Assembly (NCBI GenBank): GCA_963772455.1 | Contig: CAVYXJ010000012.1 | Span: 1 to 64,000, forward strand | Direction: 5' to 3' | DNA length: 64,000 nt | Source: Candidatus Bathyarchaeota archaeon | Lineage (GTDB): Archaea > Thermoproteota > Bathyarchaeia > Bathyarchaeales > Bathycorpusculaceae | In this document: in pieces, positions 1-10,639 of the stretch | How the letters are laid out: every line of letters begins with the position of its first letter | Numbering within the stretch: the first letter of the stretch is position 1 | The notes under the pieces: model-generated | What the model saw: the letters and a program-made list of their open reading frames with translations, nothing else | The model's database searches: none | What the model was told of the DNA's origin: nothing | Program-made: the position numbers and the translations under genes

Positions 1-1209
1 AAGATTATAAACCCGAGCAGCGAAACCCACCAAGTAACATCCATGAGTTTTTTGCTGTAAAGCCTTTTTTGGGTAACTTTTGGAATTGCCCAAAACATTA
101 TACCCATAATTGTTATACCAAAGGAGGCATACAGTGCCAAGTGAGAGTGCATTACAGTCCATTGTGAATAGTGCAGGTAGATGTTCATGTCTCTTAATGC
201 TTGGAAGGTTCCTTGTATCGAGACGAATATGTAGCAGATGAAGCCAAAAACAATGAATCTGAGTGGCACGTTGCTCATGATTTCTTTCCATGAACCTCGG
301 AGAGTCATGCCAATGTTTGTGGCAAAGGTTAAAACTGAAAACATCATCAACCCGCTGGTAGCGACTGCAATTGTTTTTAGCCATTCAGGGATTGAGGATT
401 GGAGAAGGTGGTGGCCGCCGACGCCTGTGTAGAAGAAGGCTAAAGCGAAGAAGCTAATTAATGAGAGGGTCACGCTGTAGAGGGATCGTTTTGATAGTTT
501 CGGAATAAAATAGTACCATAGGGCTAAGCCAAACGGTGTAAACCAGAGACCTAAAACGTTGTGCCCATAGAACCAGTTGACTATTGCGTCGGTTAACCCG
601 AAAAGTGCGCCTGATGGTGGATTCCACATTACGTTTCCGATGAAGTAAACGATGGGGAACCAGAGGAAAATACCTGCGAAGAACCAAAGGCTTACGTAGA
701 GTCTTCGTTCTTTGCGTTTAATGATTGTACCCACAATTGTAGTTCCTATTAATATGAGGGTTGCCACGACTAAAACGTCGATTGCCCAAGGCATTTCAGC
801 ATATTCTCTTGCTTGCGTGTCACCGCTTAAAATTAGGAGAACACCTGCCAAAACTGCAACATTCCACAAAACCGCCGACACCTTACCAATCAGGGGTTTA
901 AACAGAGTTCTATGGCTAAGTCTTAGGGGTTACATAATACATTGAACCAATTAAACCTGAAGATAAGAACCCGAAAAGCAAACCGTTGACGTGGGCTGGT
1001 CGTATTCTGCCGAAGGTATCCCAGGCTGAGTCAATCATAAAAGTGGGATAGAAAAATTTTATAGCCATAATCATGCCGAAGGTAGTGAAAAATGGGAACC
1101 ACAAAATTGCGGAGTACCACCAGTATTTTGCTACTGAATCGCCGGGTTTTAAATCAAAAGAATTGTCGCTCTCAGAATCCGCTTTTCTGTTTTCCCGCTC
1201 TGCCGCCAT
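1..1209 (-). CDS. ccoN: cbb3-type (C-family) heme-copper oxidase subunit I, 3' end beyond window, one frameshift near 922-926
   Basis: ORF 916-1209 has FGRIRPAHVNGLLFGF. After a 1-nt shift (cctaagactt) manual translation continues to base 1 through NWFYGHNVLGLWFT, FFYTGVGGHHL and WTVMHSHLAL, giving all six His ligands plus the helix-VII Tyr typical of CcoN. Confidence 0.88.
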
Positions 1210-1332
1210 AAAAACAACCCTTAACTGCCATTTTATAGTCAGCAGAGCGCGTTAATTAATTTTGTGAGCCCAATTTTTAAGAGAAGGTGAAAATTTTTAT
1301 AACCTTTGGTAGATTAAACAATTGAAGAGCGT

Positions 1333-1773
1333 ATGGTTACCTTCGAAATGGTTCACGAGTGGATGGCAGAAGCCAACTTGGTTATATTATTTGTTGCACT
1401 GGGTTTAATCGGTTTAAGCCTGTACTTGGAGAAGAAGCATAAATGGGTTGGGCATGGAAACTCTATGATGGTAGTTATGTTAATCACCGTGCTACTGGTG
1501 GTTGCGCATATGGGGCCATCATTTGTTTCCTCCGTTTCAGAAACTGTAACGGCGTTTAATTTTGTAGCGTTGTCGGGAGTTATACATGGATTAATCGGTG
1601 CAGTCTCGATTGTGTTAGGTGCATGGTTTGTTTGGGTTTGGGCAATAAACGAGTCAAGCAGCACAAAGTTCTGCGCTCCCAGAAAGAAGCTCATGTGGAA
1701 AATTCTGGCACTTTGGCTTCTCTCTCTGAGCTTAGGAGGCTTATATTATATTTTGCACATCAACTTTGGATAA
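1333..1773 (+). CDS. 4-TM membrane protein, DUF420-like
   Basis: Four hydrophobic segments with His residues (GHGNSM, VIHGLIG); resembles the C-terminal part of the 49606-50801 gene. Confidence 0.55.
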   Translation: MVTFEMVHEWMAEANLVILFVALGLIGLSLYLEKKHKWVGHGNSMMVVMLITVLLVVAHMGPSFVSSVSETVTAFNFVALSGVIHGLIGAVSIVLGAWFVWVWAINESSSTKFCAPRKKLMWKILALWLLSLSLGGLYYILHINFG

Positions 1774-3676
1774 TCAACCTTTGCTGACGAATTGTTTTAC
1801 GCAAGTCAACAGCACATTCTAAGATCATTGACAAAACCATCAGTATGACGCCTACCCACACGAGGTAAACCATGGGGATACGTTGGACAGTTAATGTTAC
1901 GGTGGCGGGTATGGTGCTGTTTCCAGTAAGTTGAGCTGATAGGACGTTGTAGAGTTCTTCGTTGATTTCCATGTGCACATAGAGGTCTCCCGACGGGGTG
2001 TTGACTATTAGAGGTGTCAGGGCTAAGCCGTAGTTTGGGTAGAAACTGGCGGATACTTCGCCGCTGTATGTTGTGTCTTTATTGCGGATTGTTACGTCTG
2101 CGGTAACGGCGGAGTATTGGGGGATTGCGTTTTGGGCTTGGGAATTATAAATTTTAGAGGTTGCGTTGATGATTTTAATGTTAGCTACCTGGATTGTTGC
2201 GCCTAGGGTATCTGTGGAAACGTTAGATTTTATGTCTGTTATTGTCGTTGACGTTTTTGCGCCTGAACTAACAAAAACACCCAGCAACATAATTACCACA
2301 GCTAAACCGAACAGACGCTGCCAAAGCAAGGTCTTTCTTCTTGCCGACTTAGCAAGGCGGTAAAGCAGTAAAGCAAACGCTACTACGAACAAGGGCGCAG
2401 TCAGGGTGAGCAGAATATTTACCGAGAAATACCCCGCCGCCGAAAGAACGCCACCTGCGACTAAAGAAATAACAACAATTAAGAATTGGCGGGCGTGGTG
2501 GGTTTTGTCATCTAAACTGAATCCTACAAGCGAAATTATAAACAGCAACACGAAGGGGTAGGTGAAGTAACTGTAAGGGAAATCCTTGAAAGCCAACCCA
2601 GCAAGGCAAACTATAGAGATGATGATTAACGCCCAAAAGCTTACGTAGGATGACCGGGAAATCAGTGAGGAGCGTTCAACTTCAAGTTTTAAGAAAGGCT
2701 TCTTTTTGCCTCGTGCAAAGAAGAAAAACAAACCCATCATGGCTACCGCGAAGGAAAGCATAATTGGACCGATGGCAGAGGTGGCGTACGAGTGGACGGA
2801 TTGAGTTAAGCCACCACGAGTTAAGGCGCTGAGAAAAACGAGGCTGGTGAAAGTCAACATAATCATTGACTCTCGTGTTAGACTGGTTTTGTGCTTTGAT
2901 AGGGTTCGGGTTAAGAAGTAAGCAGTGAGTATCAGCCAGGGAAGAAGTGACGCCGTTTCCACTGGGTCCCATGCCCAGTATCCTCCCCAGCCTAAAACAG
3001 CATACGCCCATACGCCTCCTAATGCTATTCCGATGGTTAGAAGTATCCATGATGCATAGATGGAGATCTTGAAAAGAATGTTTTTTTCTAATTCTTGGTT
3101 AGTGCGTAAGCTAGAAAGTGTTAAGGCAAACGCCAAGACAACAAATGCGTAAGCTGAAAAGACTATTGGAGGGTGGATTGCCATCCAGAAGCTTTGAAGT
3201 TGGGGATTGAGCCCTAATCCTTCAACCATAGCGGTAGGTAAGCGTTCAAACGGGTTTCTTAGCAGGGTAACGGTTAGGAATATCAGAACAACAAAGCCTA
3301 ATATTTGGCTGGAAACAATTTGGAACTTTTCAGGCTTTTTGTAGGTTGCTAATTTTGAACCAAAGTAGAGAAGGCTTAGGATTATGGATAGTAAAAGCAT
3401 TGAGCCTCCTGCCCCGGCCCAGCTGGCATAAACCTTTGATAGTAACGGTAGGTTTGAGGAACTAAAAGAGTAGACGCTCGAGAAAGAAAAATCGTTGCTC
3501 ACGAAGGCGAAGAGTAGTTGAATGTATGACCATAGTATAAGGACAAATGCAAGTGAACATAGAGCAACTGTGTATTTACTCAGCCGCTTGAAAAGCGGCT
3601 TGGATACTAATGGCAAGGTTATGTCTAAGAAGATCAATGCGGAAGCCATTGTCACCAGAATTAATTCAAAGTCCAT
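1760..3676 (-). CDS. ccmF: cytochrome c biogenesis heme lyase CcmF
   Basis: WWD motif WGGYWAWDPVETASLLPW, GLNPQLQSFWMAIHPP, SVHSY; multi-TM, 638 aa. Confidence 0.92.
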   Translation of the reverse strand: MDFELILVTMASALIFLDITLPLVSKPLFKRLSKYTVALCSLAFVLILWSYIQLLFAFVSNDFSFSSVYSFSSSNLPLLSKVYASWAGAGGSMLLLSIILSLLYFGSKLATYKKPEKFQIVSSQILGFVVLIFLTVTLLRNPFERLPTAMVEGLGLNPQLQSFWMAIHPPIVFSAYAFVVLAFALTLSSLRTNQELEKNILFKISIYASWILLTIGIALGGVWAYAVLGWGGYWAWDPVETASLLPWLILTAYFLTRTLSKHKTSLTRESMIMLTFTSLVFLSALTRGGLTQSVHSYATSAIGPIMLSFAVAMMGLFFFFARGKKKPFLKLEVERSSLISRSSYVSFWALIIISIVCLAGLAFKDFPYSYFTYPFVLLFIISLVGFSLDDKTHHARQFLIVVISLVAGGVLSAAGYFSVNILLTLTAPLFVVAFALLLYRLAKSARRKTLLWQRLFGLAVVIMLLGVFVSSGAKTSTTITDIKSNVSTDTLGATIQVANIKIINATSKIYNSQAQNAIPQYSAVTADVTIRNKDTTYSGEVSASFYPNYGLALTPLIVNTPSGDLYVHMEINEELYNVLSAQLTGNSTIPATVTLTVQRIPMVYLVWVGVILMVLSMILECAVDLRKTIRQQRLIIQS

Positions 3677-3714
3677 AGTTAGCGTGCCTGTTATCTTAAA
3701 TTGCCTGTTAAAAT

Positions 3715-3927
3715 CTATTTAAGTATTGTTTGAACTTGCATGTTGCGTTTGATAAAGCGCACCTTATACCCATTTGCCGTTTGTTTGCTTATACTGCATC
3801 TGAACCACACGGCAATCTTCACACCATATCCTGCGAATCTTAGAGACTGGACTTTCATAGGTATCTTGGTGTAGTGACGAGTCTTTTTCTTGCAGTCAGA
3901 ACACATTAACCGTCTTGCAAAGTACAC
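3715..3927 (-). CDS. possible small Cys-containing hypothetical protein
   Basis: CSDC...WFRC in a 70-aa ORF; no family recognised. Confidence 0.25.
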   Translation of the reverse strand: MYFARRLMCSDCKKKTRHYTKIPMKVQSLRFAGYGVKIAVWFRCSISKQTANGYKVRFIKRNMQVQTILK

Positions 3928-4069
3928 CTTACTATTGTTTCATAACAATGGTTTTTTCATAGTGATTTTTTAGCTGGATTACTTATCAACCGACTTTTCC
4001 CTATCCAACTTAAAATAGGCTTGGAAGTTTGGCGCTGTTGCACTATTAATTGGCGCACAAGAAATCGAG

Positions 4070-4282
4070 TTGAAGTTGAAAGCAATAAAGAAGTTGAAAG
4101 CACAACTAGAGCTTACAAAAGTTTTGTTAGCTGAACTTAGCCATGAACCTTGTCGTTTCTCGATTTTGGAAAAACGTGTTTTAGCTAAGGCTGGAACTTA
4201 CGCGACAGTTACTATTCTGCTTTATTTTCTTCGTGATTCAGGGTTCATAGCAAAAGATTCTTTTGAGAATCGGGCGCCTTAA
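4070..4282 (+). CDS. small winged-helix-like hypothetical protein, possibly truncated
   Basis: Pattern ..RFSILEK...LYFLRDSGFIAK resembles a wHTH recognition helix and wing. Confidence 0.4.
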   Translation: MKLKAIKKLKAQLELTKVLLAELSHEPCRFSILEKRVLAKAGTYATVTILLYFLRDSGFIAKDSFENRAP

Positions 4283-4392
4283 AGGTTTCTTAACTAAGTC
4301 GTTTTGTGTTTTTTATGGTAGACTAACAAACCAGCAACCAACTGAATTCGTGCTAGTTTTTGACTAACTCAAAAAACTGGCTAATAGGCTAA

Positions 4393-4722
4393 TTATGTTT
4401 TGAGTCCGCATAGTTTCTCGGTTAGTTTATCGAATATGAGGTGCTTTTTTTCTTTGCTTAAATGAAAGATAACTTTAGAAACCATCTTTTCTGATATGGT
4501 GAAGATATAGTTTAATCTTATGACGCTGTCTTTTATGGCGCCTTCCCTTTTAGTTAGCGGTATTCCTTTCATCTTAAGATTCCTAGTTATGCCTGCTATC
4601 ACAACGTTTCCCAACTCTTCAAAAAGAACAACAGCTGGTCTTGTCTTAACTTCACTAGTATCTGTAAACTGTACACTGGCAACTATAATGTCTCCAGCTT
4701 TAAGCATCTTGCCATGCCTCAT
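4393..4722 (-). CDS. mazF: type II toxin, PemK/MazF family
   Basis: GDIIVASVQFTDTSEVKTRPAVVL...AGIT and DSVIRLNYIFTI motifs. Confidence 0.88.
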   Translation of the reverse strand: MRHGKMLKAGDIIVASVQFTDTSEVKTRPAVVLFEELGNVVIAGITRNLKMKGIPLTKREGAIKDSVIRLNYIFTISEKMVSKVIFHLSKEKKHLIFDKLTEKLCGLKT

Positions 4723-4927
4723 CTTCCTGGTTGTCCCATAGTTCTTTCATTTTTGCCTGCTGAATTTTATGTATAAACTCGTCGTATTGGGTTCTTTTTT
4801 TGGATTCTTTTGCCAGATTTATCAAAGCTGAAATAGTCTCGTTGTAGGTTTCTCTTGGATACTTTCTTATGCTTTTTAGTTCTTTAACAACTGATTTCTT
4901 TAGCTGTATCGTGGTAGCTTCTTTCAT
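4700..4927 (-). CDS. antitoxin with RHH-like N-terminus, cognate to mazF
   Basis: TTIQLKKSVVKELK...ETYNETISALI; C-terminal LWDNQEDEAW; overlaps the toxin start. Confidence 0.8.
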   Translation of the reverse strand: MKEATTIQLKKSVVKELKSIRKYPRETYNETISALINLAKESKKRTQYDEFIHKIQQAKMKELWDNQEDEAWQDA

Positions 4928-5165
4928 TATGTATCATCTATAACTCATTATAATAAATTATATATGCCTTTCTCGTCATACTGAAAAAGTTATCAAAACG
5001 AAATAGAAGCTAATTACTCAATGAAGCGGGTTTCCGATGACTTCTAAAAAACAAAAAAACCTTCTTAGAAATCTGTTAATACCATTTCCATTGCATGTGC
5101 ATTCAGTCTTCATTGTTGAGTGTATTCTTGGGTATTATTTTTAGATTTATTTGTTTTTTACAGTT

Positions 5166-5678
5166 TTATGTATCTTTATTTTCATAATATATCCTTTTAA
5201 AACATTGTTTGAATTTTTCTCCATTCAGCAACTCAGGCTCGATTAGTTTTGCATATGGATTTACTATATTGTTTTCTGTGGGGAATTGTATGCTGCATGG
5301 TGGCTGTCGTTTTAATTCTGCTTTCTGTTCTTTTGTTATTTTTATGCCAAACTTGTGCACTTCATCGTGACAGGGTTGCCTGCAGAGCCATATGAAAGGT
5401 GGCTTATGTTCACCTGCAAGCGAATGCTTAGTCATTTCGTTGCCTACTCTACCGCATTTAGCACACTGTTTTAGTTTCTTTGTGGGTCTTGGTGTCTTGA
5501 TTTTTGACCTGTATTTGGCGCCGCGAAGAGCGTGGCTGTAGTCTTTGAAAACTTCTTCTTTAGTCATTTCTGTGTGATCTTTAGTTTCTTCTTTGATGTC
5601 CATGCTTCTCCCTTTAGATTGGATAATTAAGTTCTTTAAAGAGCTATCTTTTAGCTCCGAATTTTTTTGGTTATACAA
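5166..5678 (-). CDS. hypothetical protein with HNH-like Zn-finger
   Basis: CAKCG...KH...LCRQPCHDEVH resembles a degenerate HNH beta-beta-alpha-Zn module. Confidence 0.5.
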   Translation of the reverse strand: MYNQKNSELKDSSLKNLIIQSKGRSMDIKEETKDHTEMTKEEVFKDYSHALRGAKYRSKIKTPRPTKKLKQCAKCGRVGNEMTKHSLAGEHKPPFIWLCRQPCHDEVHKFGIKITKEQKAELKRQPPCSIQFPTENNIVNPYAKLIEPELLNGEKFKQCFKRIYYENKDT

Positions 5679-5940
5679 TAAGCGTTTTAAACAAAAACTG
5701 ATGTTTGCCGATGCAGAGGCAAAAACATTGGGTAATTATTGTACGCTTGTTTTTCTACAAGTTAGGAGCGGTGATACGAACCGTTTACGGGTTCTCTCAA
5801 AAAAGTAACTTCCGAAAACAGTTCTTTGCAGTTTAATGCGAAGTTAAGAGGAAGAAGTGAGTGTTTAATGTTATTTAATAGATATTGAAGACCTCGTTCG
5901 TCGGGTTGAACTTATTTTAACCAATTCTAAAGGTTGGCTT

Positions 5941-8022
5941 TTAGGATTTAAGTAATTCCAACATTTTGTCAATGCTATTCGTTGGGGGCATACAAGTTTG
6001 GTCACGGCAAACGTAAACTGTGGGCTTGTCATTGATTTTCTCATAAACCATCCCGGAAACTGTTGATTTTTTTTCGGGTGTCCATATTGATATGGTTAAG
6101 TTGGGAATGTACATTTTTCTTAAAGCTGTGAGAATGGAGATTGTGTTTTTATCTAAAGTGTCTCCCACTAAAACAATATTGAAGGTTGGTCCAAGAGCAA
6201 ACTCAAGCCCCGACAGCATAAAAGTATGCCCAAGCAATTGACCATTGACTTCATCAGAAAATGCCTTGAGCAGCTTATTTGCATACACTTCAAAGCTTAC
6301 TTCACCACTTATACGCGCTAAACGTAATAAGTTGTAGAGTGCAACAGAGTTCCCTGAAGGCACTGCTCCATCATATGTCTGTTTTAGCCTAGGCACCGAA
6401 TCATCGGTGTTTTTAGTTGTGAAGAAGAATCCATCGTTTTCTTTATCCCAAAACTCCTCAATCATAGTTTTAGTTAATTCTACGCTTGATTGAAGATATT
6501 TCTCTTGAAAAGAAGATTCATACAGCTCAATTAAACCGTAGACCAAATATGCATAGTCATCCAAAAACCCATTAACAGCCTTCTCACCTTTTACAAATCG
6601 ATGATATAGTTTGCCCTCCGGAGTTTTCATTTCTTTGAGAATGAAATCTGCAGCTTTAGTTGCCGCTTGCAAATAATTCTTGTTACCCAGAACCTGATTT
6701 GCCTTTGCTAAGGCGGCAATCATCAATCCGTTCCAATCTACCAACACCTTGTCATCCTTGGCTGGGCGAATTCTTTTCTCTCGAACTTGGAAAAGTGAGT
6801 TAGATATTTTCCCAAGTTTAGCTATGATCTCGTCGATTGACATATTCGATTCAGCAGCAACTTGTTCCAGTGGCATGGCGATGTGAAGAATGTTATTTCC
6901 AGTTTTACCCTTGGCCGGCTCAAAGTAGTTGCCTTCAGCCTTAACACCAAATATCTTGATTGCTAAATCCGCATCTTCCCCAGTAGCTTGCTTGACTTCA
7001 TCGAGAGTCCAAAGATAAAATTTACCTTCTTCACCTTCACTATCCGCGTCTTCAGCCGAATAGAAACCTCCTTCAGGAGAAGTCAAATCTCTTAGAACAT
7101 ACTCAATGGTTTCTTCTGCAGTTATCTTAAACTTTGGTGAACCAGAAGACTGGTAAGCTTCAAGATAAACTAAAATTAGCAATGCTTGGTCGTAGAGCAT
7201 CTTCTCAAAATGTGGTACCAACCATTCAGAATCTGTTGAGTAACGGTGAAAACCTAATCCCACCTGATCAAATATGCCGCCTAACCTCATAGCACGCAAC
7301 GTCTTCTCAACCATTATCAAAGCGTTTTTCTCTTTTGTTCGATTAGCATATCTAAGAAGAAAGAGCAGGTTGTGGGGTGAGGGGAATTTGGGTGCTCGAC
7401 CGAATCCGCCGTTTTCCTGGTCAAAACGCAAGAACAATTGATCAAAAGCATTACTAAGCGATTTTTTGTCCAGTAGACTTTCAGGTTCTGATGGAAATTT
7501 TACCTTGAATTGTTCCCTGATTTCTTTGCCTATCGATTCCATCTCAATTTTTCTTGTTTTCCATATTTCCCCAATTTGGGGTACAAGACTTAGCATGCCA
7601 ACTGTGCCATAACGGTTTTCTTTTGGGATGTAACTGGCGACGAAAAATGGGTTTTTGTCGGGAGTCATGATTACGTTAAGTGGCCAGCCACAATTTCGTC
7701 CCATGGATTGGCAAACAGCCATGTATGCTGCATCAAGGTCAGGGCGTTCTTCTCGATCCACTTTAATGGAGATGAAGTTTTGATTCATAAGGTCGGCTAC
7801 TTCGTTGTCTTCAAAGCATTCTTTCTCCATTACGTGACACCAATGGCATGTTGAGTATCCTATTGAAACAAAAACTGATTTGTTCTCTGCTTTAGCTTTC
7901 TGGAAAGCTTCCTCGCTCCATGGATACCAATCAACAGGATTGTAGGCATGTTGTAGAAGATAGGGGCTTTTTTCTTTAATTAGCCTGTTTGGTTTTCTTT
8001 CAGTTGATGAAGCTTCTGGCAC
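5941..8022 (-). CDS. yyaL: thioredoxin-domain / six-hairpin glycosidase-like protein (YyaL/SSP411, DUF255)
   Basis: [56 protein letters not shown]. Confidence 0.93.
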   Translation of the reverse strand: MPEASSTERKPNRLIKEKSPYLLQHAYNPVDWYPWSEEAFQKAKAENKSVFVSIGYSTCHWCHVMEKECFEDNEVADLMNQNFISIKVDREERPDLDAAYMAVCQSMGRNCGWPLNVIMTPDKNPFFVASYIPKENRYGTVGMLSLVPQIGEIWKTRKIEMESIGKEIREQFKVKFPSEPESLLDKKSLSNAFDQLFLRFDQENGGFGRAPKFPSPHNLLFLLRYANRTKEKNALIMVEKTLRAMRLGGIFDQVGLGFHRYSTDSEWLVPHFEKMLYDQALLILVYLEAYQSSGSPKFKITAEETIEYVLRDLTSPEGGFYSAEDADSEGEEGKFYLWTLDEVKQATGEDADLAIKIFGVKAEGNYFEPAKGKTGNNILHIAMPLEQVAAESNMSIDEIIAKLGKISNSLFQVREKRIRPAKDDKVLVDWNGLMIAALAKANQVLGNKNYLQAATKAADFILKEMKTPEGKLYHRFVKGEKAVNGFLDDYAYLVYGLIELYESSFQEKYLQSSVELTKTMIEEFWDKENDGFFFTTKNTDDSVPRLKQTYDGAVPSGNSVALYNLLRLARISGEVSFEVYANKLLKAFSDEVNGQLLGHTFMLSGLEFALGPTFNIVLVGDTLDKNTISILTALRKMYIPNLTISIWTPEKKSTVSGMVYEKINDKPTVYVCRDQTCMPPTNSIDKMLELLKS

Positions 8023-8090
8023 AGAAAAAACACAATCTCCAATTTACAATTAGCTACTGAAGCTTATTAGAGTTAACAAAGAAGAAGAAT

Positions 8091-8727
8091 TTAGTAGTAA
8101 TGTGTGATTGTTGCAGTAACGTTGTTTGGGTCAGATTGGTTGATGTTGCCCATTCGAATTTCAATTGTTCCAGGTAATAATGGGAATAATGCAGTCCCAG
8201 TTGTTCCTATAGTTTGGTTAAAATCTAAGTCGACCCCGCCAAAAGTGTAGAGTACTTCTGCAAATGTAGTGTTAGCCGACGCAGTGGCTTGAACTACCAC
8301 GTATCCAGCATAGTCAACTTGGGCAGTTCCGAGATTTGTTGTAACATTTGCATCTTGGCTAAACGAGTTATCATACCATACTTCTGAAATTCCTAATTGG
8401 GCAATTTTTTGCAGCGCGGAATAATCAGAAGATAAGTATGTTAGTGTATCGTTCAAATCAGATAGTTGAGAATTTAAATAAGCAATTTGTGAAACATATG
8501 TTGTTGAATTAACAGTTGTTAGTTGATATTCTAAAGCATTGATTTGAGATTGCAACGAGTTAATAGTATTGTCTTTCTCAGTTAATTGCGCTTGTGAATT
8601 ATTTGGTACATATAATGCTATTACAACAACTAAACTAGCTGCTAGAATAACGCAGACTAATGCTAATGCAATGAATTTCAGATTGCTTTTCTTTCTTAGC
8701 TGAATTTTCTTGGGTCATCTGGTTCAT
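8091..8727 (-). CDS. membrane-anchored coiled-coil protein, frameshift near 8690
   Basis: Frame of ORF 8091-8555 extends upstream through the TM segment KFIALALVCVILAASLVVVIALYV; ATG at 8727 is in another frame. Confidence 0.6.
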
Positions 8728-8827
8728 CTGCTTTTTCTCAACTTTAGATATTCTCCTTTAAATGTCTATTTCCAGATTGTACCCAACCTTCTTTCAAAAA
8801 AAGAAAAAAAGGTAACTGCTTTAATGT

Positions 8828-9257
8828 TTAATATTTAACACTCAAGTAAAACATGACTAGCAATGCTGCCATCTCGAAAAGGTCAGGTAGAAATGCGAAA
8901 GGACCTAAACCAAAAGTACCAAACCCAGCAAATCCAATTACAAATGGACTCCACGTTATGTCTTTTATGAGAAAGAATGAAGCGAAAAGCGTTAAACCAA
9001 TAGTAAATTCAGATTTCGTTTTCAAATAGATACTTACGTAATTCGCAATTAGAACTAGGGTAAGAACAATGTTAATAGTTGAAAACACCGTTCGAGCAAT
9101 ATAGTACAATTCAATGTCAGCTGGGTTAGGCCTATATTGCCTAATGATGAATGGAAAATCTAAATTTCTTTTAAGAAGCGCTAGCATAATCTGATGCAAC
9201 AGCAGTTAAAACTATCAAAACAACGAGCAATATCAAGATTTTTTGTTTTCTATTCAT
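8828..9257 (-). CDS. membrane protein co-oriented with the wHTH regulator, frameshift near 9195
   Basis: MNRKQKILILLVVLIVL from ATG 9257 joins the hydrophobic ORF 8828-9199. Confidence 0.6.
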
Positions 9258-9288
9258 CTATTTCTCCCTCTTACATGATCTCCTTTTT

Positions 9289-9591
9289 CTACTTTTTCCC
9301 GATTTTCTTCATAATCTCCTCAAACATAATGTAATTGTCTTCCATTGCTTGAGAAAGAAAATATGTTGCGCCATACCTGTCTCCAACTGCCATAATTATT
9401 TTGTTTTTCTCCAAAACCTCAAGGTGATGGCGCATCGTCTTGTAATCCATCTTTATTAAAGTAGCCAATTGATTAGCGTTCTGCGGCGTATCTTTTAGCG
9501 CTTCAATTATTTTTGCACGAGTGGGTCCGCCTCTTGTACCTGCAATAAGCCATCCTAACAGGTATTTTAGCGAACGTGCATTTGCAGACAT
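9289..9591 (-). CDS. ArsR-like winged-helix transcriptional regulator
   Basis: WLIAGTRGGPTRAKII...PQNANQLA...DYKTMRHHLEVLEKN. Confidence 0.88.
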   Translation of the reverse strand: MSANARSLKYLLGWLIAGTRGGPTRAKIIEALKDTPQNANQLATLIKMDYKTMRHHLEVLEKNKIIMAVGDRYGATYFLSQAMEDNYIMFEEIMKKIGKK

Positions 9592-9702
9592 ATAGACCGC
9601 TTCGTGTTTTGAGATTCTTTGTCACTCTTAATCTTACTAAAGTAATAAATCTGTTCTTTTATCCTCAAATATTTTGAAAATTGGTGTAAAATTGGATTTA
9701 AT

Positions 9703-9733
9703 TTGGGTCTAATCTTGAAAAATCATTTAATAA
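9703..9733 (+). promoter_or_regulatory. operator plus BRE/TATA promoter motif; further copies at 10459-10489 (+) and 8755-8786 (-)
   Basis: ttgggtctaatcttgaaaaatcatttaataa, ttgggtaagattttgaaaaattgtttaataa and ttgggtacaatctggaaatagacatttaaagg each precede a gene start. Confidence 0.6.
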
Positions 9734-9752
9734 TTTATCGTTCACCCGTTTT

Positions 9753-10334
9753 TTGAAATTAGGAGGTGAAAAACAAGATTTGAACACAAAATCTAAAGCC
9801 ATAACTTTGCTTTCAATTGTACTGGTCGCTTTAGTTGCAGGATCAATTATTTTCACCTTGCAATCAGTCAAAGCAGACACGACTAATACAGTTGCAACTG
9901 ATTCAGAAACTACACTCTCAGCCATAGACTCATCTGATGTTAATCGTCTGAATGAATTTAATGGATTTGCACAAGGACAAATGATGATGGGAATGGAACC
10001 CCGATTTGAAATGGGTCACAGAGGAATGAACCGAGGTTTAGCAGAATTTGGCTCTAACGGAATTCAGCTAAGCAGCGACTTCACCGCAAACGTAACTAAT
10101 ATAGCCGAAAATGACAGCGATGTACAAAATCTACTCAACCAAGGCTACAACATAACCTCAATCCGCCCAAACATTAACACAACAATAGACGGCAACGGAA
10201 ACGTAGTAACAAAAGCCTCAACTGCAGATTTAACATTAATAGGCACAAATGGCCGCGCACAAGTAATAGTTGATCTCTCCCAAGCAAAAGTAACAAAAAT
10301 CGTGACATTAACCATTACAGAAATCAACAAGTAA
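9753..10334 (+). CDS. secreted or membrane-anchored hypothetical protein (start probably TTG 9780)
   Basis: N-terminal TM segment, Met/Gly-rich linker, beta-rich C-terminus; ggaggtga RBS upstream of 9780. Confidence 0.75.
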   Translation: MKLGGEKQDLNTKSKAITLLSIVLVALVAGSIIFTLQSVKADTTNTVATDSETTLSAIDSSDVNRLNEFNGFAQGQMMMGMEPRFEMGHRGMNRGLAEFGSNGIQLSSDFTANVTNIAENDSDVQNLLNQGYNITSIRPNINTTIDGNGNVVTKASTADLTLIGTNGRAQVIVDLSQAKVTKIVTLTITEINK

Positions 10335-10512
10335 CCACCAATCACTTTTCTTTTTTTAACTCACTTTTTTTTGAATTTTTTCTGTTTTATTTTATTAGAA
10401 CGGTTTTGACGAGTTGGCTCTCGGTTTTCCGTCACCTGCTTCCCAATTAGGGATAGATTTGGGTAAGATTTTGAAAAATTGTTTAATAACTAAACGAAGT
10501 TAGGCTGGATAA

Positions 10513-10607
10513 GCAACCAAAAAGAGATTTGACAAATGGAAAATAAAGCCATAAGCCCAATAACTGCCCAAATTATTGAGTTCCCCTCCAAGTCTCTTTT
10601 TGGTTGC
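10513..10607 (+). promoter_or_regulatory. long hairpin in the 5' leader of the ABC permease
   Basis: gcaaccaaaaagagatttg (10513-10531) pairs with caagtctctttttggttgc (10589-10607): 19 bp, one G-U. Confidence 0.6.
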
Positions 10608-10639
10608 CAAAATGATTTAGAATAATGGAATGAATAATT

